DNA of 64,000 nucleotides from Octopus vulgaris (taxonomy: Eukaryota), in the NCBI GenBank assembly GCA_951406725.2, contig OX597821.1:86738001-86802000 (forward strand), read 5' to 3'. The number at the start of each line of letters is the position of its first letter. Within the stretch, counting starts at the first letter, position 1. Positions 63,501 through 64,000 of this stretch are shown one piece after another. The translations under genes and the position numbers were made by a program. A model generated the notes under the pieces. The model did no database searches. It saw nothing but the letters and a program-made list of their open reading frames with translations, and was not told where the DNA came from.

Positions 63501-64000
63501 TTTAAGTTGGCTATTTTGGTTTGCTATTTGGCTTGACTTTTTGGGTTGGCTCTTTGTGTATGCTATTTTGGTTTGCTATTTGGGTTGGCTATTTGTGTAT
63601 ACTATCTTTGTTGACTATTTGGCTTGGCTATTTGGGTTGGCTCTTTGGGTTTGCTATTTGGGTTGGCTTTTATTGTTGGCTATTTGATTTGCCTATTTGG
63701 GTTGTCTATTTGGCTTGACTATTTGGCTTGTCTATTTGGGTTGGCTATTCGCGTGTGCCTTTTGGGATGGCTATTTGGCTTCGCTATTTGGCTAAGTTTT
63801 TTTCGGTTGGCTATTTGGGTTAGCTATTCGAGTTGGCTCTTTGGATTTGCTTTTTGGGTTCACTATTTGTCTAGGCTATTTGGGTTGGCTATTTGTGTTT
63901 GCTGTTTGGGTTTGCTATTTTGTTTTGCTATTTGGCATGGCTATTTGGCTTTGCTATTTGGGTTTGCTATTAGTGTTTGCTATGTGGCTTGGCTATTCGG
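33521..64000. repeat. Degenerate 13-bp GT-rich satellite (consensus GGCTATTTGGGTT), running off the window end
   Basis: In-phase 13-mer variants GGCTATTTGGGTT, GGCTATTTGGCTA, TGCTATTAGTGTT, TCCTATTTGGGTT, GGATAGTTGGCTT; all WLFGLAIW-type ORFs derive from it. Confidence 0.98.

Noticed and set aside
33869-63718. Hundreds of hydrophobic W/L/F/G-rich ORFs resembling membrane proteins
   Set aside because: They are translations of the 13-bp satellite in all three plus frames; no coding signal.

Overview
Eukaryotic, AT-rich, repeat-dense animal DNA. The SINE families and the density of (TA)n and (CAT)n repeats resemble octopus/cephalopod genomes, which is recognition from memory rather than a search result. 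Bases 1-30250 are a mosaic of microsatellites, at least four SINE-like families, decayed LINEs (CR1/L2-type, RTE-type, CRE-like with a restriction-like endonuclease), Tc1/mariner remnants and a piggyBac-like MITE. There is one plausible host gene, an intact 310-aa single-coding-exon ORF at 20455-21387, and a possible RFX/X-box promoter about 7 kb upstream of it. From about 30260 the sequence switches abruptly to tandem arrays with no recognisable TE: short 21/10/9-bp repeats, a 59-bp purine-rich satellite with an internal palindrome, and more than 30 kb of a degenerate 13-bp GT-rich satellite with kilobase-scale higher-order duplications. The most notable hidden signal is a set of short, non-coding, mutually dissimilar fold-back modules next to (TA)n runs that carry type I hammerhead ribozyme motifs of the Penelope/retrozyme kind. 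One has an intact core (16568-16615, minus strand). Several others have one or two core substitutions, and some are base-paired to their own antisense copy. Nearly all ORFs in the supplied track outside the TE remnants and the one gene are repeat artefacts.
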